Part shown: positions 13,545 to 25,525 of the stretch, piece after piece
How positions within the stretch are numbered: position 1 is the stretch's first letter
Layout: every line of letters begins with the position of its first letter
Origin: Sphaeroforma arctica JP610
Taxonomy: Eukaryota
NCBI RefSeq assembly: GCF_001186125.1
Contig: NW_014040290.1
Location: 25,322 to 67,025 of the forward strand
Direction of reading: 5' to 3'
Length of the DNA stretch: 41,704 nucleotides
The notes under the pieces: model-generated
The model's input: only the letters and a program-made list of their open reading frames with translations
Databases searched by the model: none
Told to the model about the DNA's origin: nothing
Position numbers and translations under genes: made by a program

Positions 13545-14536
13545 GTATTGCCGCCACCAGCTCACATGATTCCTGTACAGTCGTTACTCCCGCCCAGTAT
13601 ACTTATACAGCCACAACAAATATGGCTCCTTAAATTTCCATGAAAGACTCTTCTCCCCATTAGTATCCTCTATACACTGTTTAAGATGATCGAATGCAGT
13701 GTATGCATCTTTCTATCAATACGTACTTTATACATACAAAACCTATCCCTCATCAACTATGATTTCTCCAGCCTATCACCTTCCTTCGCGACTAATCTCC
13801 ACACCAACTGACCAGGGTGCCACTCAGGAGCTGCTCTTTTACACTTATCCACCGCTTGCAATTGTGGCTCCTTCGTCACTTCATCTGCTATTGCAACAGC
13901 TTTATCACGCACCGTGGTCTCACTCAAAACTTACATTCCCAACACGTCTAACAATTTCGATTGTATTACCGTATCTACTTGCAACATGTACTGATAACCA
14001 GTCACAAGATAATAAACTAGGTTAACATCAGCCGCATAATTTACGGTTGCATTACACCGTGGAATATATACATGCTGGCCACAGATTCTTCTCTCCAACA
14101 TTAAAACTCTTTGACACCCAATTCAAAACAGTGCGGAGGATTTTGCTCCGCCCTACCATTCCCTTGATGTTTATTGATAGACACCTAATGGTACGCCGCA
14201 CCTCTTTCCGCCCAGAAGCGCTTCCTTTCATCCGATGCCAACGGAACACCCTGATCGATCACTATATGCTGCGATGTACTCCAAGGCAACACTTACTGCT
14301 GCAGGAACTTTAAGACACCCTTCGTGTTTTTCTCACCTGGACAACATGGCCTACGTCATACCTTCCGTGAAATTAATAATAACCACAACTTCCTCGAACC
14401 CATGTACTGTTCTAGGTAAAGACAAATGGTCTGTCCCAATACATACACACACTCCAGACAGACGATCAGGTTTCATCAACAAGTTCGTTTCCCCATGCAA
14501 TCCTGAAACTTGCTGGCAGGCCACACAACCTTTCAA
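13545..14536 (-). pseudogene. Ty3/Gypsy DDE integrase remnant (CxxC, rve core, GPY/F module)
   Basis: Minus-strand fragments KGCVACQQ..IGTDHLSLPRTVHG..VVVIIN; HIVIDQGVPLAS..FWAERG..SINKHQGNGRAEQ; KSLSWKFKEPY..NHVSWWRQY, broken by stops and frameshifts. Confidence 0.8.
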
Positions 14537-14780
14537 TTTATTTCCAATAACGATAGTTAATTACTCGATTGCTCTAGTAGACTAAGGATCTAAGTCTACA
14601 GATAAGTCTACAGAGTAACCCTTTTTATATGGCCTACCTCGCTTACATCTCCTTCGCTTCACATCCCTCCTCTGCCTAAATTACCCCCACTTCTCCGTAT
14701 ACTCTCGTCCCCTTATAGCGAACTCTTTTATTCAGAGTTCAGATTCTGTGAAGTCTCCTTCAATCAATAACACCCGACGG

Positions 14781-15605
14781 TGTAATAAGCCGGGCCTCCA
14801 CATTAGACTCTATGTATAAACGTACTCTTAAGCAGTACGATAAACGTACTCTTAATAGTACGAGGAACTTAAGTTTCCTAAATGTACTCTTAATAGTACG
14901 AGGAACTTAAGTCTCCTAAATGTGCTCTTAATAGCACGAGGAACTTAAGTTTCCTAAAATGGTTTTTAATGGCTATACTAATTAAACCTTTTCCATTTAA
15001 CATATCAGATATTTGGATGAGGCCATTAAAAGGCCTCAGTAAAATACCAAACATAAAAGAGTTGGTCTAGTTCTATTAATAGAGCTTTATTTACTTTCCA
15101 ATTTTATTTATATCTGAATACTTCGGTAGCGAGATGGCTCAACCGAATATAGGTTTCTAGGGACTATTAACGTTACCTAGTTGATCCTCTGATAAGCCAA
15201 CCAGATCTGCCAGTCTGATGAAGGCTAAGTCGGTAATTCTTGATAGTGGCAAGTTATTGGTTAAGACAATAACTAAAGACGTCAAGAGTATTTTTATATA
15301 TATATGTAAAAAAAATTCTTCTAAAGATAGGATTTTATGAGTCTATCGGATTCGCCCCAGAATAGAGCGACAACGAAACACTAAATAAAATCCCTTCGGC
15401 GGAAACAGTACGGAGAGGATTATATATAGGCAATGTCTCAGCCTCACAATCCCTCAGAGTATTGCTGTTTTCACGAGGCAAACATAACTTTATTAAACGT
15501 CTCATTTCGTTTATTTATATCGATATTTACACGATAGATAGAATTTACCTCCGCGTTTATTTTTTCTAAGGCATTACTATCGCCTATATTAGACTGAATC
15601 TTACA
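14781..15605 (+). mobile_element. Solo LTR (copy A of the MTase-element LTR family) with 4-bp TSD ACGG
   Basis: Begins TGTAA and ends TTACA. ACGG lies at 14777-14780 and 15606-15609. The uninterrupted site CAACGGTTGAG is visible in the sister repeat at ~13247. Homologous to 21798-22651 (-) and 35220-35977 (+). Confidence 0.9.
14846..14959 (+). repeat. Three tandem 38-bp double-hairpin units inside LTR copy A
   Basis: GTACTCTTAATAGTACGAGGAACTTAAGTTTCCTAAAT-type units at 14846, 14884 and 14922; the other two LTR copies have one full unit. Confidence 0.9.
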
Positions 15606-15649
15606 ACGGTTGAGTTTTCAATTTACACTTGGTGTTTATTATTATTATT

Positions 15650-16860
15650 TTTTATTTTCTTTAAATAGATTTCGATCTATTTGTTGTAGCCGGGAGCTTC
15701 TGTGTTTGGACAATAGTTTTAAAGCAAGGTTGTAACCAATTGATGTCGTACCAATGTTAGTTGTTGGCATCTGAGATGTATTTAGACTAGAGTAGTGAGT
15801 GTTAGAAACGAAATCATATAGACAAGTGTCTCAGTCTATTTTTTAATTATCTTTTAGCTCACTACCAAGGCCTGACGCCAACATTGAATATTTCTTCAAA
15901 ATTGGCGTACTTACTTATGCTTTCCGTAAAGTACTCTTCAGTCAGCCTGGTTAGACCGGCTTAACATTTTTTTAAAGTTTTTAACTGATATGCAACCGGG
16001 GTGCCTCTGCATACCAGAACTAGGCTTCACACACTCGGCCAGTATTTCTTAAGACATTCCCAATTATAACTACTGGCTCAATCGCCTCAGGACCAATCAA
16101 ATTAGTGAAGAGGATACTCACATGCGAACCCCAGTTGTCCAGACTACGTGTCTGCAGAAATGAAGGGAGCTTCTGGCTATACATGTTGTAAAGAGAGGAC
16201 AGTGCGGAGGTTGCGGACATCTCAGCGGTTGCATATTCGCCGAGAGCCTGCGGATGTGTGCAGTAGAGACAAAAGTAGGCTTGTATTAGCAACAGTTTGA
16301 CTGCAGGCATCTAATTTACAAACTGCAATATAAACAATATTAGGTACAGGGGTTCAAAAATGACAAACCGGCACTACCTTAAAGAACATCTCCTTGCCCA
16401 TTCGTGTGAACAAGGCCAGAGTGTGCATCCATTGTTTGAGCATCTTCGTCATATTACTGACAACAATCTCGGGGATGTGGGAAGAACCCGAAGCTTTGTT
16501 ATTCAAATTTGGGCTTATATATTTATATTGTATTAGGCTGATCAGTTGTTGAAATGATAAGAGTTGATCTAGGATCCACAGAATGCATCTCTATTTATCT
16601 TGGTCTGTCATTTTGGTCGACCGTATGAGACAAAACCTTGACAACCATTCCGGCAAATCCTAACAAATCCTAATTACTACGATATTTTGATAGATAAGGA
16701 TATCTGTAAACATATTTGTGAGGCACGAATAAATAATAATCTTTAGTCATTTTTTTCATCCGCTGTAAGTTTGACCTTCCTTTTCCAACATCGGCGTGAT
16801 AGGAGTTGTAATCGCAGTGTGCACAGATATGTCCACTCAAGAACGAATCGTGGTATGTGT
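15650..16860 (-). pseudogene. Possible decayed Mutator-like (MULE) transposase fragments
   Basis: Minus-strand fragments HICAHCDY, R*DVRNLR, NTHYSSLNTSQMPTTNIGTTSIGYNLAL and EAPGYNK loosely follow the MULE order (D-T-Y-x-T-N...MPL...G...E...Y). 16673-16860 is repeated at 24520-24706. Highly eroded. Confidence 0.35.
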
Positions 16861-17075
16861 TCACAATCGGTTTATAAATAATCTTTCCTCTAGATTAGTT
16901 ATATTGAGGGTTGACGTACGAACAAGATATACAGATGAACACATCACAGAATATAAGATACCGGAACCAACACTCCGGGCACATATTATAACCGGTCAGC
17001 AAGAATAAAACACCAACAGCGAAGAAACAGCAATCCCATCAACAGAAACCATCCTGACAGATTCAAAGGAAGTTA

Positions 17076-18279
17076 TGTAACAGAGGGGCGGTAAGCCTTA
17101 CTCTATTGTTGGTTTGAGTACAAATCGGGGTGTTGTGTAATGGGTGAATTGATACACAGTGTGAATTGGTTGCGAGTATAAGAACTAAGTAGAAATGCCT
17201 AGATAGTCGTTACTTGTGAATAGGTAGGGTAATGGAACCGTGTGTAGCGGATCTAGGGGTGAATGAATACACAAGTACAGAGAGCAGTACGCACAGTTAT
17301 CGAGGGGTTATTATCCACGACATGGCTAAGTACTTTCACAAATAACGAGTCATGCGACAAAAAAAATAAGAACACGATAGTATTATAGAGGTTTACACAT
17401 AGACGCATCGAATGACATCATATGAACTAATGACCATGGAATACTTTCATGCCAATTACCAGCGAACATGCGCAATGATAGGAATACGTAAATATTATAG
17501 AGAAACACACTAGGGGGTGCTGTGAGCCATAGCACAATATACTTTACGAAAAACACATATACGAGGAGTGCAAGATCAAAATCGAATTAGCGTCGTATTA
17601 GAAGATGGTCTTCAAACGAACAAAGAAGGAGCAAATCAGGAATACTAGATAGTTTATAAAGAGAACAGTACTTTATTTCTCAGTTTAGTTCACGTGTAAA
17701 ACAAGGGCAAGTGTCTGGTAGACATTATAGGCACCGATAGCACGATGGCGGTTGAATTGGGCATGGAATTCCAACATGTTTGATAACGGAGGGTTCTCAA
17801 AAACAATTGAACCAGAGACCTTCGGTTGCCGATCGATAGGTTTTACCAGGGAAACAATCTATAGTGGAATTTAAAATTTATATCTGATGAGTACCTTGTG
17901 TGAGTATATAAAGGAATTGATCAGTCGTCAGTGTCGTGACACCAGGGAGGAGGAATATAACTACCTCCACAGTGTGAACAATAGCAATTAAGATTTCCAC
18001 AGTGTCAATAATAGTAGTTAATTGTGTGAGTGTGTGCAAACGAGTCCTAAATCAAATAGGAGTTGCACACAAAGCGAGGTGTAGCTTCACGCACGCAGTA
18101 GGAGGAGGGTCCCAGTGGGGACGAAGCGACTCATTAGAGAAAGCGGCAGAAGGAAAGCGAAATGTGAGAGCACAGGGAGTAGAGAAGAACAAGACAGAAG
18201 ACAGTAGGTTACGTGCAATATACTCTGGAGTGACTCACAATTGAAGCAACAAGATTTAGCACATGTGGAGTGGAGACAA
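17076..18279 (+). mobile_element. Possible further LTR-retrotransposon 5' fragment (gag/protease relic) running into the gap
   Basis: TGTAAC at ~17076; RLRAIYSGVTHN at ~18207-18240 resembles the retropepsin ALIDSGATHN motif. Weak. Confidence 0.3.
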
Positions 18280-19208
18280 NNNNNNNNNNNNNNNNNNNNN
18301 NNNNNNNNNNNNNNNNNNNNNNNNNNNNNNNNNNNNNNNNNNNNNNNNNNNNNNNNNNNNNNNNNNNNNNNNNNNNNNNNNNNNNNNNNNNNNNNNNNNN
18401 NNNNNNNNNNNNNNNNNNNNNNNNNNNNNNNNNNNNNNNNNNNNNNNNNNNNNNNNNNNNNNNNNNNNNNNNNNNNNNNNNNNNNNNNNNNNNNNNNNNN
18501 NNNNNNNNNNNNNNNNNNNNNNNNNNNNNNNNNNNNNNNNNNNNNNNNNNNNNNNNNNNNNNNNNNNNNNNNNNNNNNNNNNNNNNNNNNNNNNNNNNNN
18601 NNNNNNNNNNNNNNNNNNNNNNNNNNNNNNNNNNNNNNNNNNNNNNNNNNNNNNNNNNNNNNNNNNNNNNNNNNNNNNNNNNNNNNNNNNNNNNNNNNNN
18701 NNNNNNNNNNNNNNNNNNNNNNNNNNNNNNNNNNNNNNNNNNNNNNNNNNNNNNNNNNNNNNNNNNNNNNNNNNNNNNNNNNNNNNNNNNNNNNNNNNNN
18801 NNNNNNNNNNNNNNNNNNNNNNNNNNNNNNNNNNNNNNNNNNNNNNNNNNNNNNNNNNNNNNNNNNNNNNNNNNNNNNNNNNNNNNNNNNNNNNNNNNNN
18901 NNNNNNNNNNNNNNNNNNNNNNNNNNNNNNNNNNNNNNNNNNNNNNNNNNNNNNNNNNNNNNNNNNNNNNNNNNNNNNNNNNNNNNNNNNNNNNNNNNNN
19001 NNNNNNNNNNNNNNNNNNNNNNNNNNNNNNNNNNNNNNNNNNNNNNNNNNNNNNNNNNNNNNNNNNNNNNNNNNNNNNNNNNNNNNNNNNNNNNNNNNNN
19101 NNNNNNNNNNNNNNNNNNNNNNNNNNNNNNNNNNNNNNNNNNNNNNNNNNNNNNNNNNNNNNNNNNNNNNNNNNNNNNNNNNNNNNNNNNNNNNNNNNNN
19201 NNNNNNNN
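18280..19208. other. Assembly gap
   Basis: Run of N. Confidence 1.
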
Positions 19209-21797
19209 GAAATTAAACTCCCATCATCATGTCTAATTCCCGAATGAGTCGTCGCCAGGAATACCTCAATGCAGAACGAGGTGTCGAAGGCGGTATATTG
19301 ATCGTCGTGGCACGACATGTCACCGTTCTAGTCAAGAGCCTGACCAACCTCAACTAGTGGCAACCCCCTACCTGCGTGCGTACCAGGAACGAGACAATGT
19401 GGGAGAATGTGTAGCTTGCAGCGACTCGTTGTCTGGCCCGTCTTCGGAGAGTGTCAGGTCATCATCAATTGATCAGTAGTCACGACAGCGGCCTCATTCT
19501 GCAGCGAAGGGTAATAATAATCCAGAACAATAAGGTTCGGGACAACGATCATCTGTAATTCAGAACAACAATGAACCGCGCAGCACTCAACCACGCCGTC
19601 CACTAGCGCCCACACCACGGACTAAGATATGTCTCACAAGAATCTGATACTCAGTCATCCTTCGGTGATCTCTTATCACTCCAAAACCTTGTACACGAGC
19701 AGGCGTGCGCTAAGCAGAATCCTCAGGGAGAGGAAGCGTTGAGGAACCTACACGACCGCTTGGGCACGAACCTACGCAGGAAGCAGTGACGCCAGAATCC
19801 CGAACGCGATTCAGCCGATAAGGTTGTACCTACACCACAGAAGCAAGTCAAGGAAATAACGTGCTTCCACCTACACCAGCAGTATTGAGAAGAGTCGTCA
19901 AGTACTACATGCCCGCATACTTAAGCCCAGCGACGAGCTATATCAGGCAACGGAAGACAACAACGGAGGACAACAATACAGTACGAGCAGACGCTCTACG
20001 CAGGTCACTAAAGACACTTCGAGCTACACTCGAATCCAAGCCAGTCAAGAAACGTCCCGTACCTTCGCCGCGCACCTGGCCCGACTATCCGTCCAATAGG
20101 TACCACCTGAACGATATCATGGAACGTGATACGAAGAGTGTTCTTCTAGAAGCATTTAAGAATGCACATATTGCAGGACTGGATGAAAGTTGGAGATTCA
20201 CATGGTTTCAAAAGGTGTTAACTACTTTAAAGCGGAACAATCAACACTGAATTATATACGGGACAACGCAGAACGTTGAAAGGCTTGGACTCCGCAGTTG
20301 CAGATAGAACAGATCTGTTTGCACGAAACGCAAGCTACGGTCGATCCCGCATTCCGCAAACTGACCAAGGGTCAAACTAGGAACATGCAGGTATCCATCA
20401 CGGAAGAAATGACTTAGCTGGTGGGGAACCATAGGGCAAGGGACCGATGCCAGTGTGACGCTGACTACAAGCAAACCTATTGAACCACTGTCTGGTACAA
20501 TTACTCGAAATGCGCTCGGGGGCGGACGTACGAACGTACACGACAGCTGCATTCACAATAGCAGTTGATGGAGACACATGAGCTACTCCAACTCTTGAGC
20601 CCCGACATACAAGAGGCACAACAAGGTACGACAAAATGTTTGCAGAACCGTGCGAGGAGAGACACGATATCTCGTACGGCTCGTTTGTGTATAAATAGCC
20701 GCGCAAATGCTCCAACCACATGACGTCAAGACCAGAACTGGTCACAACGTTCACAGACAGCAACGCCTACGACGTGTGCCGGCTGTCAGGGACAGGCACC
20801 ATCCGGCACAAGACATATATAGCATTCTGCCACCATCATCGCGCGCCTACACAGGGCGGTCACGTTAACCGCGTACACCAGAACGAGCAAGGACGTACAG
20901 AGGCACAACCGGCGCATTGTCCAGCAACTACGTTCACAACAAGACAAAGCCAAAACAACAGTACCGCCAGGCAGTTTTCAACTCACCAGTCGTTGTCACA
21001 ACCACAAGTGAACACAGTCACGCAGGAAGTGGACTTTGAACCTATCCCTGCAGCAACCAACGTAACCCGAGGACCAGTACAGAACGACACACAGGGCGCT
21101 TGGACATGTCTGAGGACAATCGAGGGGGGAGGGTATCTGAGTCAGATGTCAGCCTGACAATTGTATAAAACACTATCGATGCAGTTATGGGCATACAGGA
21201 CCCATTGTTGACATATGATAACCGAGTCCATACGCACATTCAGAGCGTTGATAGCCACGGGAGCGAACAGAAGTTGCATCTCACAGACATCCGCAGACCT
21301 TCAATGAAGGATTTGGTTATCACGAAACGAACAACCCCAACAACCACTATGAAGGTTCCTGTGCTTGCCGTGCCCACGTTTGAAAAGAAGGTACGGATGT
21401 GTTTAGATAAGCATGCAGTAAACGCATTGATTCCCGGCGACCAATTCTTAATCCCGAAGGTCAACGAACTGATCTCACAGCTGAAGAGCAACGAGTACTA
21501 TACAACGCTGGATATTTCCGCAGCTTATCACAGGCTACCGATACATCCAGACTCCCAGTACTTATTCAGCTTCACCCATGAGCGTTACCAATACTTATTC
21601 ACATCAGTACCGTTCAGCCTACACGTATTCACACAACAATTTCAACGCACACTTAGTAAAATACTTGACGGCCTGCCCGTTCATCACTATATCGACGACA
21701 TCGTTATGGCGAGTGATGATTACGATGAGCAAATCAAGACAGTACGAGAGGCTATTAGACTTTAAGCTTAACCCCGCTAAGTGCCACTTTGCAATTG

Positions 21798-22651
21798 TGT
21801 AAGTTTCGGTCTCTTCAGGCGATATTAACGTCTTAGAGTAGTTAAACGTAATAAAGTCTTCTAAAGCTCAAATGAAATTAAAGCAAAATAAACGTAATTA
21901 GTCTTTTAGTAAAGTTAGGTTTGCCTCGTGAAAACAGCAATACTCTGAGGAATTGTGAGGCTGAGACATTGCTTATATAATCCTCTCAGTACTGTTTTCG
22001 CCGAAGGGATTTTATTTAGTGTTTCGTTGTCGCTCTATTAGAAACTATGGTATGTTTTGTTAAGGCGAATCCGAGAGACTCATAAAATCCTATCTTTTAA
22101 AAAATAAAATAAAAAAGTACTCTTGATGTCCATAGGTATTGCATTAACCAATAACTTGTCACTTGTCAAGAATTACCGACTTAGCCTTCATCAGTCTGGC
22201 ACATCTGGTTGGCTGAACGGAGGATAAACTAAGCAACGCTAATAGTCCTTAGAAACCTATGTTCGGTTGAGCCATCTCGCTACCGAAGTATTCAGATATA
22301 AATAGATTTGAAAAGTAAATATAGTTCGATAAACTAAGCAACGCTAATAGTCCTTAGAAACCTATGTTCGGTTGAGCCATCTCGCTACCGAAGTATTCAG
22401 ACATAAAATAGATTTGAAAAGTAAATATAGTTCTATTAATAGAACTAGACCAAATCTTATGTTTGGTATTTTACTGGGGCCTTTTAATGGCCTTGTCCAA
22501 ATATCTGATATGTAAAAACAAATGGAAAAGGTATTAATTAATAGAACCGTTGAAACCCGTTTAGGAAACTTAAGTTCCTTGTACTATTAAGAATACGTTT
22601 ATAGTTTACGTACTGCTTAAAAGTACGTTTATAACATAGAGTCTAATGTGG
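21798..22651 (-). mobile_element. LTR copy B, antisense, inserted in the RT of element 1; 5' ~20 bp missing; internal ~105-bp tandem duplication (22223-22433)
   Basis: Reverse complement of copies A and C. TGTAAG at 21798 directly follows the CHFAI codons. Homology stops at GTCTAATGTGG (22651). Confidence 0.9.
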
Positions 22652-23029
22652 CAAAAACCGAACGAAGTGATCGGTGACCAATGGGTCGACGGAAAATAAC
22701 ATTACTTTGTAATATTTTTTCAGTAACACGTTGAACCATACGCAGCAAAACTATTCAAAACAGATGAAAGAGAGTTAGCACTGGTGTATGGATTGACAAC
22801 GCACTTCAGAAGACGGTCAACGGTTTGCAATCTTCACGGACCATAAAGCTTTGGTATACATGAATACTCAGCTTAAACTCACTCCGATGCTGAAGCTGTG
22901 GCGACATATCATCGCACCATTTAAATTTACCATATCACACATACGTGGGGAGAAGTATGCATTACCTGACATGTTGAGTAGGGTGCATGGAGATACCGCG
23001 GAGAGCAACAAACCCGAAATATTGTATAC

Positions 23030-23415
23030 GGACTGTTGGCAGCTATTCTTCAACTATTTCGACCAAGCTCAACAACATACGCTTCGGACCGAATGATATA
23101 GACGTATTCGTGGATCCAACAAACGTTTAGCTACCTTGGTTCTGGTCAAAGGATAAAGGGTGAAGAAGCCTTCGCGCACGACTGGACCATGGTAGATGGG
23201 TGGATGAACCCGCCATGGGAGAAGATACACAAGACGCTGCGAACGATATAAGCAGACAGGACAAGGGTAACAGTATGATTTCCCTGGTTACCGAGAGTGC
23301 CGTGGTTTGACTTGTTCAAGCAGCTGCTACAGTCAGAATCAGTGTTGACGCCGCGAACACCGCATACGTTTCCGAAGTATGATAAATACACATGGAATTA
23401 GATGCCATGGGATAG
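23030..23415 (+). pseudogene. Dam-like N6-adenine DNA methyltransferase domain of element 1 (frameshifted)
   Basis: Joined across frames: DCWQL..YF; FGPNDIDVFVDPTNV*LPWFWS; EEAFAHDWTMVDGWMNPPWEKIHKTL..P..PWFDLF. NPPW at 23207-23218. Confidence 0.8.
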
Positions 23416-23605
23416 GGACACACCGCGGCATCACAAAGAGTAGATTCAGCCATCGGCTACGAGACTAGACATACTTTAACAACGACTCGGTGAATGCAGT
23501 CACGGCATACCACACACGTCATAGCGGTCGCGATGGCAGAAGCAGAGAGCCAGCCAGCATTTACACACGCAACACCGGACGAAGGTCTGGTTGGAATATC
23601 CCAGT

Positions 23606-25525
23606 AGGGGGGTTTTTTTAGCGTTTATTTGCAGTGGGTTCTAAAGCCTGGGTTATCAATCATGATTTAAGGTCGATGACACATGCAAATATTAACCGTT
23701 CAATTTTTAAAAGGATTAATAATGAAATATCAGAACACTAGGAGAGAAGGTCGAGATATAGTTATCGCTAGCGTAAATTTACTACAACCGCTTATTCTCA
23801 CACATAAAAAAGTTTTGTTTTAATGTGTATATCAAGAATATACGAATCAGTTGGCAGAATAAAAACCAGGGTAAATTGATTTACAATCCTTATATATTGG
23901 TTGTTGAACATGGGACCGTACTAGTACGGAGGAGTGGCCAGATTGAAGACTTAGATGAACTGTAAATAATTCATGCTTTCTTTATTTTAACCGCCATTGT
24001 TTCTGCAAAAAATATTATCAACATACTTATTAGCAAATTGATAAAAATTCTACACAGTCTAGCTGTAAATACCACGAGTATCAGAAGTTAGGCACATATA
24101 ACATATAAATTGGCGAAGAAAGCGGTATTGACGGATAGCCACGAGAAGAAACAAGCAAGTACAGACAGCACTATCTGTTTTCAGCAAATCCTGCAAGCAG
24201 TATTGGCTCTTGAAGATTGTATTGTACTACACCAGCACGTCCAGAGTCAAATAACAGAATGATATTTGGTGACCTTACTAGTGCAAATATTGGTATAACT
24301 ACACTACGGGTGTTCATGAATATGCGCTGTGTATCTCAACTAGAATATCAGCCTCTGCTAACTGTATTTTAATTTGGTAGACGTAGATAATCACATAGGA
24401 CATATTGCATTCATACCATTACTGAAGACTCTTGTGAATATTTGAGCAAAAAATATGATCAAATGCATGAATTGACAGCACGTATATATAAGAACTTATT
24501 ACAACGGTTGTACTGTAAATTACTATGATATTTTGATAGATAAGGATATATGTAGACATATATATGAGGCTCGAATAATTAATGATTTTTAATCATTGTT
24601 TTCATCCGCTGTAAATTTGACCTTCCTTTTCCAACATCGGTGTATTAGGAGCTGTGATCGCAGTGTGTACAGATAAGATCACTCAAGAGCGGATCGTGCT
24701 GTGTGTGCGGACTGAGATCGATGTGAAGTGTTCGTGATACAACTTTCCCGGTTTGTAATGAATTAAAAGAATGACTGATCCACCCAATCTCGTACTATGT
24801 TTTATTTTAGCTACTATGTGCTTTCAATTCTTAGTAGTAAATTTGAAATATACGTCCCATCTACGAGCGCAAGTAACATAACTCATCAACACCTATTATT
24901 TTAGGGTAAGTTGCTTGTCTTGAATATAATTATGCGAACTGAAGACGGCTAACAAGTGCAACTGATGCATGGGATTCACGACAACACATCGAATTAATAT
25001 TTTCTCTCGCCAAGATGATTCTCTGTATTTCATCTACACAGTTAATTCCTGCTATACTCTCTACGATCATTTTAAACCGGTTACGAGTCAGTTTGAACAA
25101 GTATACATAGGGTACACAAAACAGCGACTATGAGAGCCATACCATATGTTGATACATTGTATCATACATACTTGCCATTTTTGAAATATATATTATTATC
25201 CCTAACAAACTTAAAACAGAGTATGTATGTATTGTTGAAGCGGGGTATGTGTTTTGCGTGTTCTCATCCGGTTTGAAAAGTGAAAGTTCTATGTATTATA
25301 GTCCCGCTTTTGTTCATGTTCGATATTTACTTTTGTATAACGAGGTATAAAAATATGTATTTACTGTCTTCCGAGTTTCATGATTCATCACTTTATTTAT
25401 ATATTTTTTTCAATTTTGTTCCTCATCAAGAAGTCACCATCATCACGATTGTCATCATGATGATGCGTAAAAATAAATATATAGCCCCCTCTAGAAATAA
25501 AAAGAAGACTTAAAAAAACCCCCCT
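23606..25525. mobile_element. Putative TIR DNA-transposon relic (possibly MULE-like)
   Basis: AGGGGGGTTTTTTTA at 23606 and its exact reverse complement TAAAAAAACCCCCCT at 25511-25525, with imperfect extension. Internal 24520-24706 matches 16673-16860. No TSD seen. Confidence 0.45.

Larger units (their letters stand above)
12861..15627 (-). mobile_element. Internally deleted Ty3/Gypsy LTR retrotransposon relic: partial 5' LTR (14545-14780 + 15606-15627), integrase, PPT, 3' LTR (~12861-13263)
   Basis: 13015-13263 is a direct repeat of 14545-14780/15606-15627. On the minus strand GGGGAGG (13270-13264, PPT) is followed immediately by TGTAAAC. The left boundary at 12861 (TGTGAAAC) is tentative and no TSD was found. 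Confidence 0.7.
19860..23600 (+). mobile_element. Decayed Ty3/Gypsy-like retrotransposon 1: gag-like region, RT, RNase H, adenine MTase; interrupted by an antisense LTR
   Basis: RT 21187-21797 (KVRMCLD..LIPKVNEL..TLDISAAYHRL..VPFSL..YIDDIV..KLNPAKCHF). RNase H ~22670-22982 (QQNYS..FTDHKAL..W..HIRG..LPDMLSR). MTase ~23030-23415. No integrase is visible. Confidence 0.85.

Noticed and set aside
15207..15252. Hammerhead-ribozyme-like CTGATGA conserved in all three LTR copies, with a small GGC-TAA-GTC stem and TGCCA/TGGCA flanks
   Set aside because: The required GAAA core is replaced by GGTAA and no stem III/UH site can be built. Not callable without a cleavage assay.
18209..19318. Long ORFs spanning N runs (also at 29710-30246 and 33963-34628)
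   Set aside because: Artefacts of assembly gaps.
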